A DNA stretch of 64,000 nucleotides from Nitrosopumilaceae archaeon (GTDB lineage: Archaea; Thermoproteota; Nitrososphaeria; Nitrososphaerales; Nitrosopumilaceae). Below are positions 9,993 through 20,993 of the stretch, piece after piece. Position 1 is the first letter of the stretch. The number at the start of each line of letters is the position of its first letter. The position numbers and the translations under genes were made by a program. The stretch is from positions 1,728,001 through 1,792,000 of the forward strand of contig CBDCCK010000002.1 of the NCBI GenBank assembly GCA_965214835.1, in the 5' to 3' direction. A model generated the notes under the pieces. That model was not told the DNA's origin. It was given only the letters and a program-made list of their open reading frames with translations, and did no database searches.

Positions 9993-10247
9993 AGTTGTCC
10001 GTTTTTTTATGTGTTGACCATGTCATCTACATTTTGGGTATTGTATTTTTTTAAGTGATTTTACATCAGCTTAGCTTGAACCATGCAGAAATGAAATGTC
10101 ATTTCCCGCATCAGAAGATATGCCATAACCATATGTGACATGGTATGAGCGGTGGCCAATCATCGGCTGTGTTCCTTGAATCTTCCAACGAGGTCTAATC
10201 CAAGAATAAGAACTATCTATGTCTTGTGTGTTGGATCTTGTTTTGTT

Positions 10248-10814
10248 TCATATGATAGATGTTGGATCTTGTTTGCCCTTCTTGCACATGCGTCTAAACA
10301 CCAGAACTATCATTGCACTCAAAGAGCCAATAACAAGTATAACCATACCAAGTTGAAATTTCATGTAAGGGGCTCCCAAAGATTGGACAAGATCATACAT
10401 CACAGATGTGATGGTATTTTGCCTTGCCTCCTCTTCTGCATAATGGGAACGTAGAATCCAGTACTCTGGGTTCTCATCAGCTTGGCCTTGTGTCGGAATT
10501 CCAAGTTTGTTCATTTCTCGAATAATAGCATCAAGTTCAGAGTCTTGCGTGTCGGTGCGTGTGGTGTTAGTAGTATCACGTATACGCTCTGCTTGTTCTC
10601 CAAGTCTTTGTATTTTTTCATCTCGTGTCTCCTCCGCAAAGGCGGCGTTGCCCGAAAGCGACAGTATGGCCACTGCGATCAGGGAGGCGGCAATGACAGT
10701 TCTTGCGTCTTTTGCAATCATTGTTGATACAGTTCGAGGTAGTTGCATATAATTACTATGTCTATACTGTAGCACACTGTAGCACATTGTGTTGCATTGT
10801 GACACAAATTGCAA
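10248..10814 (-). CDS. Hypothetical exported/membrane-anchored protein (true start probably MIAKD near 10721)
   Basis: Signal-peptide-like segment ending AAFA, plus a C-terminal TM helix followed by basic residues. Confidence 0.55.
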   Translation of the reverse strand: MQFVSQCNTMCYSVLQYRHSNYMQLPRTVSTMIAKDARTVIAASLIAVAILSLSGNAAFAEETRDEKIQRLGEQAERIRDTTNTTRTDTQDSELDAIIREMNKLGIPTQGQADENPEYWILRSHYAEEEARQNTITSVMYDLVQSLGAPYMKFQLGMVILVIGSLSAMIVLVFRRMCKKGKQDPTSII

Positions 10815-10829
10815 ATGGCAGCCTGACTT

Positions 10830-11065
10830 CTAACCATCGTGCTCATCCCAGTCGGAGCCAGGCGCGACGCTAATCGTCACCGTTCCGTCACTCATGTCAA
10901 ACGATACCTTCTTGCCGGGCACAAACTGGGCAAACAGCTGCTCCATCATGTGCCTGACAAACAGCGACCATGTCATTCCCATGTCGTGACTCACCGTAAA
11001 GATGTGCATCCCGTTTGCCACCGCGTGGTCATGCCATTCCAGTGGCCCGCATGTACTCCTCAAGC
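10830..11065 (-). pseudogene. C-terminal fragment of a conserved thaumarchaeal hypothetical protein, truncated next to IS630
   Basis: HIFTVSHDMGMTWSLFV...GSDWDEH; no plausible N-terminus before the IS. Confidence 0.5.
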
Positions 11066-11150
11066 GTAGCAACTATGCGAGTAACCAATCACAAAAAGGA
11101 CAGGAAACTTTCACCAAAATATCTAGATCAGACACGGTGAAGCAATACGC

Positions 11151-12251
11151 ATGAAACCAGACGACTCAATGATACCAGTAGGGGACAAGTCTCTTTCCAA
11201 CGTCTCGGCCCCGTCCCTCGAGAGGTACAAAAACGAGACCGACTCTAAGGCCGCAGCCAGGCTGACGGCCTACATACGGCGCAAAAAAGGCGACTCGATA
11301 CGCCAGATAGCCAGGCAGCTCGGCCGGGGGTATACGATACGCGACTGGCTGATACGGGCCATGCAGCTTGGCATACAGGGCAGGTACGACATCAAGAGGC
11401 CCGGCACCAAGATGTGGCCGGATGCAGGGAATCTCAAGCAGGTACGCGCCAACCTGGTTGCGGGCCCGCGCAGCTGCGGATTCGAGTCGGAGGTGTGGAC
11501 CGCACCGCTGCTTGCTGTACACATCAAAAAGAAATACAAGGTAGACTATGCCGTATCCAGCGTATGCAAGATGATGCGCATGCCTGGGCTTTTCATGGAG
11601 GCCTCGCCCAAAGCACCCAAAACCAGCCTCAGAATCCGAGAAAGAGGAATTCAAAAAAAAAAGCTAGGTGGTACGCAAGGCACCACTCGAAGAGGGGATA
11701 CACGGCAATGACAGGGGACGAGGCCTCGTTCATCCTTGGGTGGAACGTCAAGAACAGCTGGTACCCCGTGGGAAGGCCCGGTCTATGCGCCCTCCAACCT
11801 GTCAAATGAGAGATTCTACTCGATCGGGGCCCTGTCGGCAAACGGACTTGACTGCCGTTTTTACAAAAAGGCCAAGTACACGCTCATCAAGTTTCTCAAG
11901 GTGCTACGCCGCAAGTACGGCAAGGTGCTGCTGTTTGTCGACAACGCATCGTATCACAGGGCCGGGCTGGTCAGGGAGCAGCTAACAGAATGGAATGGCG
12001 ACGTGGTGCTAAGGTTCCTGCCGCCGTACACGCCGGAGCTTGACCCAGTCGAGATACAGTGGAGGGCGATAAAGCGAAGGCTGCCTGCCAAGGTGTTTGA
12101 GACGCTAGATGACATGGAGCGGCCCGTGCAGAGGCTGCCTGCCAAGCGTGAGGTTCTGCCAGTGAAACTGTTCAAATACTTGACGGGCTGGCTACAGAAA
12201 AATCGGGCCATTCACATGATTTTTAATCATGTGTCACCTCTCTGGACTTAG
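11151..12251 (+). pseudogene. IS630-family transposase, several frameshifts (A10 run at 11653-11662)
   Basis: HTH/winged-HTH (WTAPLL), GDEASF, FVDNASYH and LPPYTPELDPVEIQW motifs spread over several frames. Confidence 0.85.
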
Positions 12252-12334
12252 TCCGAGCTGCTGTGCGGCATCCCTTCAAAATACGCGCCATGCATGCTGA
12301 TTTCATAAAAACAGGGGTATGGCCGTCCCATGAT

Positions 12335-12718
12335 TCATGCCTTGGTATAATCATGGTACAGCACCTCGTTTAGGATTTTGTCGACTATCTGGTGCTGTCC
12401 CCCATGGTTGTCTATGGTTACAAGCAGCAGGTTGCCGCTTTTCAGGGGGATTGTGACCCTTCGCAGCTTTTCGTACACTGCCAGCGTGTATATGCCGTTG
12501 CCTATCTTGTCATAATGCTTCATCCTTGACTTCCAGGCAGCCGCCGCATGCTGCAGGGTCTCCTGCGTGTCCGAAGGCGACAGGTACATGCCTACGCCCG
12601 GCCTGCTCCTTGAGACGATCTGGTTTCCGTCCATGTCGCTTACGGCTACAAACCTTATGTTCTCGTCTATCTTCAAAATCCTCTCCAGCCTCTGGTTATA
12701 GTCAGGAGTCTGAGACAT
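12335..12718 (-). CDS. Roadblock/profilin-like thaumarchaeal protein (DUF6659-like)
   Basis: ILKIDENIRFVAVSDMDG...YEKLRRVTIPL pattern. Confidence 0.65.
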   Translation of the reverse strand: MSQTPDYNQRLERILKIDENIRFVAVSDMDGNQIVSRSRPGVGMYLSPSDTQETLQHAAAAWKSRMKHYDKIGNGIYTLAVYEKLRRVTIPLKSGNLLLVTIDNHGGQHQIVDKILNEVLYHDYTKA

Positions 12719-12808
12719 GCCTCACTGCAACTCTGTTGCAACATAAAGATCGATCAGGTCGTTCCAAAAATCTGTGAGATTTTCAGGGGTTTTTCAAACA
12801 GATTTTGA

Positions 12809-13120
12809 CTATCCATAGTCTACGTATCGCCGGTGTCTTTTCTCGACCTCGCCGTTTGCCCCGTCCCTGATTCTCCTGATCTCCTGATCCCTCCTCCACC
12901 GGATGAACCTTGAGAGCTCCTCGAACCTCTCATTGTCCGGAAACGATCCGTAAAGCCCGTCTAGTCTCTCAAAGTACTCGACTGTCTTTTCCCTAAACTC
13001 CTCGGCCGTCGGGGCCCTGATCCCGTTTAGCCTGAACCACAGGGTGGCCCAGCTGGCCCCTGCCACGTGCGGGAGAAGGTCAAAGGCCCGCTCTATCTCG
13101 AACCGCTCGTCGTCCCTCAT
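12809..13120 (-). CDS. Conserved hypothetical protein, coupled to hemB
   Basis: ATGA overlap with the hemB stop; 103 aa. Confidence 0.7.
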   Translation of the reverse strand: MRDDERFEIERAFDLLPHVAGASWATLWFRLNGIRAPTAEEFREKTVEYFERLDGLYGSFPDNERFEELSRFIRWRRDQEIRRIRDGANGEVEKRHRRYVDYG

Positions 13121-14100
13121 CGGCCCTCGTTTAGGAGCCTGGCGGCCGATTTTGCAAAGTATGTCACAATCATGTCTGCCCCCGCCCTCTTGATCGAGTG
13201 CAAAATCTCCTGCATTATGTCGTCCTCGTCAACCCATCCCTGTCTTGCGGCCCCCTTTACCAGCGCGTATTCTCCGGACACGCTGTAGGCTGCCACGGGA
13301 ACATTGAACCTCCTCCTGGTCTCTGAAATCAAATCAAGGTAGGACAGCGCCGGTTTTATCATGACGATGTCGACTCCCTCGCCGACGTCGGCCTCGACCT
13401 CCCTGATTGCCTCCCTGGCGTTGGTATATGGAACCTGGTATGTCCTTCTGTCCCCGAACTTTGGCGCACACTCTGCGGCGTCCCTGAATGGCGAGTAAAA
13501 GCTGGAGCGGTGCTTTGCAGAGTGCGACATTATGCCGACATCTGAGAACCCCTCCCCGTCCAGCCCCCTCCTGATGCCTGCAACCTGTCCGTCCATCATC
13601 GCAGACGGCGATACGATGTCAACCCCCGCCCTTGCCTGGCTGATTGCAATCCTTGACAGGATTTCGTTGCTTGCATCGTTGTCAACCCTGTCTTTCCTGA
13701 TGATCCCGCAGTGGCCTGCAGACGTATACTGACACAGGCAGACGTCTGCCATGATTATCATCCTGTCCCCAAAGCTTTTCCTTACCTCGGCAATTGCCCT
13801 CTGTACGATGCCGTCTTCTGCAAACGCCGACGTTCCGGCATCGTCCTTGCATGCCGGGATCCCAAACAGCATGATTGCCGGAATTCCCAGGTCCGAGATT
13901 GCCCCGACCTCGCCGCTCAGATCCTCTAGGGGAAGCCTCTCCACATCCGGCATCGAGTCGATCCTTGCCCTGGCCTTGAGGCCCTCCTGGACGAAGACCG
14001 GCGCAATAAAGTCACTGGGGGACAGCCTTGTCTCCCTGACCAGCTCCCTGATTTTTTCTGACGCCCTCATTCTTCGAAGACGGATAGCTGGAAACGACAT
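13117..14100 (-). CDS. hemB: Porphobilinogen synthase
   Basis: MSFP-IRLRR, DVCLCQYT-AGHCG, PSAMMDGQV, MIKPAL and AYSVSGEY motifs. Confidence 0.97.
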   Translation of the reverse strand: MSFPAIRLRRMRASEKIRELVRETRLSPSDFIAPVFVQEGLKARARIDSMPDVERLPLEDLSGEVGAISDLGIPAIMLFGIPACKDDAGTSAFAEDGIVQRAIAEVRKSFGDRMIIMADVCLCQYTSAGHCGIIRKDRVDNDASNEILSRIAISQARAGVDIVSPSAMMDGQVAGIRRGLDGEGFSDVGIMSHSAKHRSSFYSPFRDAAECAPKFGDRRTYQVPYTNAREAIREVEADVGEGVDIVMIKPALSYLDLISETRRRFNVPVAAYSVSGEYALVKGAARQGWVDEDDIMQEILHSIKRAGADMIVTYFAKSAARLLNEGR

Positions 14101-14137
14101 TTGCTCAAGTCCCGCCCCCTGCAAATATAATCCTAGT

Positions 14138-15397
14138 CTACCGCTGTTCGTCTTTGTTATAGTCAAACAGCCTGCCTGCCACGTCCACCATGTCTGACTC
14201 GCCGCCCTCTGACGCCTTTCGAAGGTTGTTCATCGGGGTCGAGACGATGCTTTCCACCACCGCCTTTGTCAGCTCCTCGATGATCCTGATCCTGTCCTCG
14301 TCTCTCTCCCCGAGCATTTTCAGCGCCTTTTGAAGCTCCCTCTCCCTCCGGGCATCTATGCTCCTGAAGATCTCCCTGACTAGTGGTTCTGCATTTAGAC
14401 GGTTCATCGACGCCTCTAGTGCGTCTAGCTCGCCGTTGATTATATTTTCAACGGTCTTTACCTTGCCGATCCGGCTCCTCATGTTCTTGTCTACCATCTC
14501 CGCTATCTGATCAAGGTTCATCAGCTTGACGCCTGAGAGCGTGGCTACCCGTTCGTCGACCGTTCTGGGGTTGGAAAGATCCAGGATCATCATGCCTCCC
14601 CGCCTCTCCCTGATGGCGCCGGCAATCCTCTCATGGGTTACCAGGGAATACGGCGCAGTCGTCGCGACCAGGATCACGTCATAGCTCCCAAATCCCGAGA
14701 GAATCTCCTCGAACCTCACCGGCGATCCACCCAGCGTTTCGCAAAACGCCCTTGCCCTCTGCATCGTCCTGCTGGTAACGTGAAAATCGTATCCCCTGCG
14801 TGCCAGTGACTTTGCAACCAGCGTTGATATCTCCCCCGTCCCGATCAGTAGGACAGTCTTTGACTTTAGCTCGTCAACGTTTTCCTCTGCAAGCTTGACT
14901 GCCATGGAGCCGACCGAGATTCCCCCCCTGCTGATCTCCGTCGTGTTTCTGATTTTCGCTCCGATCCGTATGGCCTTCTCAAACAGCGTGTTGAGGAGCT
15001 CCCCTGATGATCCTGCGGCTCTAGCGCCGGAGATCGAGCCCTTTATCTGGCCTAGGATCTGCTCCTCTCCTATCACCATGGAGTCAAGTCCTGAGGTCAG
15101 CCTCAGGAGGTGCCTGAATACGTCTGCGTTCTCCACGCATTCAAAGCTCTCATCAAACGCGTTCTCCTCTAGTCCAGCAAGCGAGGCCCATGTCCTCTTT
15201 ATCCTTTGGATGTCACCGCCGCCCGTGGCGAAGAGCTCGACCCTGTTGCATGTCTGCAGTATGACGCACTCGTCTAGGCCCGAATGCCTTTTGAACCGCT
15301 CGTATGCCTCCCCCATGTTCTTGAAGGTGAATCTTTCCAGTACGTGAATCGGCGCATTGCGAAACGTGACCCTTGCATTGATTATGTTATTTTTCAT
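14138..15397 (-). CDS. hemA: Glutamyl-tRNA reductase
   Basis: LQTCNRVE, SGLDSMVIGEEQILGQ, IGTGE and DLSNPR motifs. Confidence 0.97.
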   Translation of the reverse strand: MKNNIINARVTFRNAPIHVLERFTFKNMGEAYERFKRHSGLDECVILQTCNRVELFATGGGDIQRIKRTWASLAGLEENAFDESFECVENADVFRHLLRLTSGLDSMVIGEEQILGQIKGSISGARAAGSSGELLNTLFEKAIRIGAKIRNTTEISRGGISVGSMAVKLAEENVDELKSKTVLLIGTGEISTLVAKSLARRGYDFHVTSRTMQRARAFCETLGGSPVRFEEILSGFGSYDVILVATTAPYSLVTHERIAGAIRERRGGMMILDLSNPRTVDERVATLSGVKLMNLDQIAEMVDKNMRSRIGKVKTVENIINGELDALEASMNRLNAEPLVREIFRSIDARRERELQKALKMLGERDEDRIRIIEELTKAVVESIVSTPMNNLRKASEGGESDMVDVAGRLFDYNKDEQR

Positions 15398-16046
15398 CCC
15401 ACTCACTCAGCATCCTCTCAACCTGCGCCTGGGCCCCCACGAGGTCGTCGTTTCTTATGAATCCTTTAACCGTTTGGTCGTTTATCACCCTGTACAGGAA
15501 TGATCTCCTCTGCTGCTGGGTGCCGATCTTCTGCTTGGCCTTCTCCCTTGCGATCCCCTGCAGCCTGATCTGCGCTACATCCTCACTGCTTACGATCTTC
15601 CTGAGCACCCTTTCGGCCTTGATCCTTATCCTCCTTGCCATTGCGGGGCTCCTGCCACCGGTGGAGACGGCGACCTGTACGGCATCCTCGATGTTGATTA
15701 CCGACGGGTGTGCAAAGTCGCTCACGTCCGGATCATCTGATGCGTATGCCAGGCAGCCCATTGACTTTGCCTTTTGAACGATTTTGCGGTTCAACTCCCT
15801 GTCGTCTGTCGTTGCCATTACGACGTATGGCCTGTACTCTGACAGGAACTCTGCATCCTTTAGCGCAGTTTTCTTGAACTTTATTTTTTTTGATCTTACA
15901 TGCCTGTCAATCTGCTTGCCGGCATCGCTGCTGACTAGTACGACCTCGCAATCCTGAGTCAGAAGGGAGTTGATTTTTTTGAGTCCCTCCGAGCCCCCTC
16001 CCACCACTATGACCTGCTGGCCGTTCAGATGGAGATCAACAATCAA
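15387..16046 (-). CDS. sirC: Precorrin-2 dehydrogenase / sirohydrochlorin ferrochelatase (CysG N-terminal type)
   Basis: VVGGG, ATTDDRELN, DFAHP and VSTGGRSPAMAR motifs. Confidence 0.9.
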   Translation of the reverse strand: MIVDLHLNGQQVIVVGGGSEGLKKINSLLTQDCEVVLVSSDAGKQIDRHVRSKKIKFKKTALKDAEFLSEYRPYVVMATTDDRELNRKIVQKAKSMGCLAYASDDPDVSDFAHPSVINIEDAVQVAVSTGGRSPAMARRIRIKAERVLRKIVSSEDVAQIRLQGIAREKAKQKIGTQQQRRSFLYRVINDQTVKGFIRNDDLVGAQAQVERMLSEWDEK

Positions 16047-16174
16047 CGATCCTTGGGATCTGAATTTCTATTTATAGATTCAAAAGTCCACGTGGCAAGA
16101 TCACCTCCTGGATTATCCCTGCCTCCCAGTCCCCTGCAGACCTGTAGCGCGTACAGCTGAGAATGGATCATTCT

Positions 16175-16264
16175 TTGTGAGGCCGCACCCCCTTTGCTGG
16201 CCAGGCATGAAAATCACGCCTGCATGTGATTCGTGCCTGACTACTAGGGGAGGGTGGCCCGTAC
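16175..16264. mobile_element. IS66-derived MITE (family F), degenerate
   Basis: ccaggcatgaaaatcac...ttcgtgcctga...gggtggcccgtac matches 54874-54966. Confidence 0.6.
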
Positions 16265-16422
16265 CATTTTTTTATCGAGGCAGGCACGGCATGTCAAGGC
16301 CATGACCCATTTTTTGATGCGGGCACTGGAACCCCGGGCGAGCATGCAAGGGACTCATCCGGGGGCACTGGGGCAGGGCACGCGCAAAAGCGAAAGACAC
16401 TTGGACTGGGGGCTTTTTGGCA

Positions 16423-17475
16423 TCAGGGATTGATGACTGCACGGCCGACAATTTTCCGCTCCCTGAGATCACTGAGGGCGCTTCCTGCGTCATCCAGGGA
16501 ATAGTGCTTGGAGACAATCGGGTTGATCGAGCCCTTTTTTGCTAATTCCAGCAGTTTGACCATGTCGTCATAGCTCCCTGTATAGGCGCCTTGTATGGTA
16601 ATTGCCTTCAGCGGAATGGTGACCAGCGGCAGCTCGATTGAGCCGCCAAACAGCCCCACCAGTACGATGCTTCCCCTCTTTCGCAGCACAGACAGGCCCA
16701 GCTTGGCAGTCGGGGGGGCATTTACAAAGTCGACAACGCTGTCTGCGCCCCTGTCGTTGCATATTGAGAGGATCTTCTGGCCGGTCTGCGGATCCTTGGA
16801 GTTTAGTGTAAAGTCGGCGCCCATGTCCTTGGCAGTCTGAAGCTTCTCATCATCCAGGTCAACGCAGATGACCTTGGCACCTGTGATGGCCTTGGCGATT
16901 TGTACTCCCATGAGGCCAAGACCGCCGGCGCCTATCACCACGAGGAATTCAGGCGAGTTGGCGTTTGCCTTTTTGATGGCAGTATATGCAGTCAGGCCGG
17001 AGCAGGCAAGGGACGCGGCGCCCTCTAGATCAACGCCGGACACCTTTGCAAGGTACTTGTAATCGGGCACAAGGACGTATTCTGCATATCCTCCGTTTTG
17101 GAAGACGCCCAGTGATTTTGGGGTATCGCACAGGTTTTCGCTTCCAGCCTTGCAGGCAGTGCACCGACCGCACCCGATCCACGGATAGATCAGGACCTCG
17201 TCGCCCACCGAGATGCCATGGACGTCTGGGCCTGTTTCATGCACAGAGCCTACGATTTCATGTCCGGGGGTGACGGGATACCTTACCCCCCTGTCGGTGA
17301 CCTTCATGACGGTTCCGTCGCCTAGGTCATAGCCACCCTCCCACAGGTGGAGGTCGCTGTGACATACGCCTGCTGCCTTGACCCTGACTACGACTTGGTG
17401 GCCAGAGGGCCGGGGATTCTCGACTTCTTGAACCTTCAGCGGGGCGTCCGGCTCTGTAATTTGGGCGACCTTCAT
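16423..17475 (-). CDS. adh: Zn-dependent alcohol dehydrogenase (MDR family)
   Basis: GVCHSDLH, PGHEIVG, CGRCTAC...C and GAGGLG motifs. Confidence 0.93.
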   Translation of the reverse strand: MKVAQITEPDAPLKVQEVENPRPSGHQVVVRVKAAGVCHSDLHLWEGGYDLGDGTVMKVTDRGVRYPVTPGHEIVGSVHETGPDVHGISVGDEVLIYPWIGCGRCTACKAGSENLCDTPKSLGVFQNGGYAEYVLVPDYKYLAKVSGVDLEGAASLACSGLTAYTAIKKANANSPEFLVVIGAGGLGLMGVQIAKAITGAKVICVDLDDEKLQTAKDMGADFTLNSKDPQTGQKILSICNDRGADSVVDFVNAPPTAKLGLSVLRKRGSIVLVGLFGGSIELPLVTIPLKAITIQGAYTGSYDDMVKLLELAKKGSINPIVSKHYSLDDAGSALSDLRERKIVGRAVINP

Positions 17476-18036
17476 GCTCTCAAGGGATCGTCATTGCAAT
17501 ATAAGAATTAACTTTACGGCTTGGCATGCCGCATATGACTCGTATGAAAACTGCGAGGCCACAGCCGACGGCGGCAGGAACCATACGGTGCGTCCGCGCA
17601 CCGGGTACACGGCACGCGGGCCCAACACCCGAACCGAGACGCTCCGGCGGCACGAAAGGAATCGCGACGGGCTTGAGGAGGCATGCCACCAGCACATCCT
17701 CGCGGGGGCGGATTTTTCGTCGATGAAGGCCAGGCCTGTCCCCACGGTGCGTGCCATGTCGCCTTTGATGCAGTCACTCAGGCTGACCTTCAAGGCATTC
17801 TGATATGATCTGGTATATGGGGGGGGACCGGCAGCGCCGACACGGCGGCATCCTGTCTGTAGTGGATGCTATGCAGCGCCACGTCAAAATACGGCCCTGG
17901 GCTGCACGATACGGAACGTGACGCAGATCCGTCCCCGGTGCTGGCAGTAATTGTGTCATGGTTTGGTGTGGTTCACCGCAAAAACCACGCCTTAAAGCCA
18001 CGATTCTGGACAACGCCGGTGCGATGATTTATTTTT

Positions 18037-18956
18037 GGTAATACGTAGTCATTTGGCCGAGCAAAAAACAGATAATACGACCAGCATTCGTGCCCAAGTC
18101 GTGCCTAGCACAGATCCAATAAAACTGGCCAATAGCGTGTCAAAAAGTAGGGTCTATTTTCGACACGCCAGATGGAATGGAAGGAGGACATGTCCCAAAT
18201 GCGAGTGCAGGGGGGGTCTATCGCACAGGAGATCGATTCCGGTGTAAAAGATGCTGGTATAGGTTCGACGAGTTTACTGGCACATATTTGGCAAGGATCA
18301 GGCTTCCACCCAACACGGTAATCCTTTTGCTGTATCTGTTTTCGGTAGGAGTTCCGGCATACAGGTTGCGATTTAGCATAAACGTCAGTCTTAGGTCCAT
18401 AGAACATGCGTTCATGGTGTTTCGCGATGCCATATACGAGGCCGCAATCAGAGAGATGAAAATGCTGTCTGGAGACATAGAATTTGATGAGGCGATGTTC
18501 GGGGGACATCGTAAAGGAAAGCGTGGCTGGGGTGCAGAAGGCAAGACGATCGTATTTGGAATATATGCGAGAAGCGGACAGGTAATGACGTTTCCAGTAC
18601 CTGACCGAAAACGCACCACTCTCCGGCCGCTGATCGAAAAGCACACCAAGGCAGGTTCGCTATACTATACAGACGAGCATACTGCATATGCGTTTCTCTC
18701 CACCAGGGGAATGCACAAGACGGTAACCCACAGCAACGACGAGTTTGTACGTGATGTAAATATCCACATCAATGGAATGGAGGGGTTCTGGAGCTATGCC
18801 AAACACTGGATGTACCAGTACCGTGGGATTCGAAAACGGTACTTTCCCCTTTATTTGAAGGAGGTAGAGTTCAGATTCAACCATCGAAACGAGGATTTGT
18901 TTCCAATATTGGCGGATCTGTTAGTAAATCGCTCGGCCAAATGACTACGTATTACC
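18037..18956 (+). mobile_element. IS1595-family element
   Basis: Perfect 26-bp TIR GGTAATACGTAGTCATTTGGCCGAGC / GCTCGGCCAAATGACTACGTATTACC. Confidence 0.93.
18137..18944 (+). pseudogene. IS1595 transposase with a +1 G frameshift in the G7 run at 18210-18216
   Basis: Zn ribbon CPKC...CKRC is split between frames; IEFDE, GKRGWG, YTDE, HINGMEGFWS and LKEVEFRFNHR motifs. Confidence 0.85.
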
Positions 18957-19381
18957 ATGATATACTCGGTACGGCTTCCTGCCGGCTATGTGTCCGACGT
19001 GCATGAATGTCATGTGGAGATGGCCACTGGAGGCGACGTGACCTCCGATGGTCATGCGTGCATGGGAGACTATGGTGGTGCGCTTCTAATGCACTTGGAG
19101 TTCGAGGGCGACCTGTCGGATTCTGCGGGCGGAGGCGGCGGCACGGCGCACGGAGATATCAGGTATACATGATCAGATGCGGCATCCACAAAATACTGGA
19201 TCATCATAAGTGTGGGGGCAAGTTTGCAGAGGATCCTCGGGCGTGGACAATCGAGGACAGCATGTAAGCTGGACTGCCGGTCTACAGAACCGCCTGGATA
19301 CTGCCATCATCCCGCCCCATCTGATCTGTCCGGCATCCCTCTCCTGATTTTGATCCGATCAGCACATATTTGACACCAGAT

Positions 19382-19491
19382 GGTAACAGCTCGGGCTTAG
19401 TGATTTTACGGTTTTAGTTGCGAACTACATCCGCAAAGGCCTCCTTGGAGGTAAAATTCACGCCTGAACTTCCAGGGCCCGGGCTGTTGCC
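19382..19491. mobile_element. MITE family D (110 bp)
   Basis: GGTAACAGCTCGGGC...GCCCGGGCTGTTGCC inverted ends; copies at ~6397, 20505 and 46654. Confidence 0.8.
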
Positions 19492-19655
19492 AATTGGGTC
19501 TGACTTTACATGGCATAGGATACGCGGGTCAGGGAGTCAGCGTGATGCGCATAGTTGAAAATGGATCCTTTTTTTGTAGGAGCAGGCACGATGTGTCAAA
19601 ACCCTGATCCGTTTTTTTTGATGTGCGCACCGGCAGCTGGGCCAATCTGTGAAAA

Positions 19656-20423
19656 TCATGCCTGGTTTAGAACCCAGTCGTACCCCTTCTCGTCAAGCTC
19701 GTCGGCAAGGGAGGCGTCCCCGCTCTTGAGGATCTGGCCCCTTGCAAAGACGTGGACGTGATCAAGCTTGCTTAGGAACTTTAGAATCCTTGCATAGTGC
19801 GTGATTACAATCACGGTAGAGTCCTTTGCAGAGACCTCACTGATCGCCTTTGCGACTGCCTGAACCGCATCGATGTCCAGTCCAGAGTCCGGCTCGTCTA
19901 GGATCGAGATTTTCGGCCTGAGAACTGCCATTTGAAGTACCTCTGACCTTTTCTTCTCCCCCCCTGAGAATCCCTCGTTCAGATACCTGGAAAGGAACTC
20001 GTCATGCAGGCCCACCTTTGCCAGGTTGTCCTTGAGGTACTTTTGGAACTCTCTTACCGTGATGAACACCTCCCTGTCATCTCCCTGCAGCGCCTTGCTC
20101 AGCGAGTTGTAGGACGTCCTTAAAAAATGTGAAAAGCCAACACCGGATACCTCCGTGGGGTACTGGAACCCTAGGAACAGCCCCCTCTTTGCCCTCTCGT
20201 CTGCCGATAGCTCCAGAATGCTCTGCCCGTCTAGCAGAATGTCCCCCGAGGTGACCTCGTACTTCGGATGGGCCAGAAGCGTATAGGACAGCGTGCTCTT
20301 TCCAGAGCCGTTTGGCCCCATGATGGCATGAACCTCGCCGGGGCCCGTCTTGAGGTTGACGCCCTTGAGGATCTCCTTGCCCTCCCTGGATACGTGCAGA
20401 TCCTTGATCTCCAGCACTGCCAT
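19656..20423 (-). CDS. sufC: Fe-S cluster assembly ATPase SufC
   Basis: GPNGSGKST, FQYP, NEGFSGGEKKR and LDEPDSGLDIDA motifs. Confidence 0.96.
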   Translation of the reverse strand: MAVLEIKDLHVSREGKEILKGVNLKTGPGEVHAIMGPNGSGKSTLSYTLLAHPKYEVTSGDILLDGQSILELSADERAKRGLFLGFQYPTEVSGVGFSHFLRTSYNSLSKALQGDDREVFITVREFQKYLKDNLAKVGLHDEFLSRYLNEGFSGGEKKRSEVLQMAVLRPKISILDEPDSGLDIDAVQAVAKAISEVSAKDSTVIVITHYARILKFLSKLDHVHVFARGQILKSGDASLADELDEKGYDWVLNQA

Positions 20424-20479
20424 AGAGTCCGCAGATCCCTTTCTCTATATAATACCCGCGAAATTTAGCTGTTCCTAAT

Positions 20480-20657
20480 CAGCCTTCCCAGTTCCCCACA
20501 AAATGGTAACAGCTCGGACTCTGGAAGCTCAGGCATGAATTTTACGTAGCAGCTCGGGCTCCGGAAGCTCGGGTGTGAATTTTGTAACCGATAAATGTCG
20601 ATCAAAGAGAATTTGTGCCTGAAATCAGAAACGGCTTTCAGAACCCGATCAGTTACG
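20480..20657. mobile_element. Family C MITE end followed by a family D MITE with a tandemly duplicated ~40-bp end
   Basis: cagccttcccagttcccc, then gtaacagctcggactctggaagctcaggcatgaatttt / gtagcagctcgggctccggaagctcgggtgtgaatttt. Confidence 0.6.
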
Positions 20658-20768
20658 CATAATCTTGATCTCTAAATTAGGCAATGAACCTAGCGTGGTC
20701 TTGGCGCATGTGGATCCAAGCGGTGATCAAAGATTGGCCGTGCTTAGCCTGAACGATTGCATCCAATA

Positions 20769-20993
20769 TCAGTCACCGTACCTGGCATAGTGCGCGTCAA
20801 GCTCGGCGTGCCACTTCTTGATGGCCTGTCTTACAGGCTCTACGGCTTCTGGGTCAAGCTCGCTCATTTCAAACTGACCATGGCAACGATATATGGCCAG
20901 CTGCCTTGCAGTCTCAAACTCACTACCGCAATTCTTGGGTGCCTTCCAAGCAGGGTTTTTGAAGACCTGCTCAGATAAACCTCTTGTTTGCAT
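20769..20993 (-). CDS. Small hypothetical protein overlapping the upstream gene
   Basis: MQTRGLSEQ...HYARYGD; overlaps the 3' end of 20971-21354. Confidence 0.4.
   Translation of the reverse strand: MQTRGLSEQVFKNPAWKAPKNCGSEFETARQLAIYRCHGQFEMSELDPEAVEPVRQAIKKWHAELDAHYARYGD

Noticed and set aside
11653-11662. A10 run as a novel recoding signal
   Set aside because: A-run frameshifting is standard in IS630 elements, and this copy has additional inactivating frameshifts.
17480-18030. Overlapping short ORFs upstream of adh
   Set aside because: No consistent frame; at most a decayed ISH3-like remnant (GIATG...TSSRG-RIF), too weak to call.
19656-20423. sufC without adjacent sufB/sufD as a broken operon
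   Set aside because: The gene is intact with its own TATA box, and as I recall sufC is separate from sufBD in related thaumarchaea.
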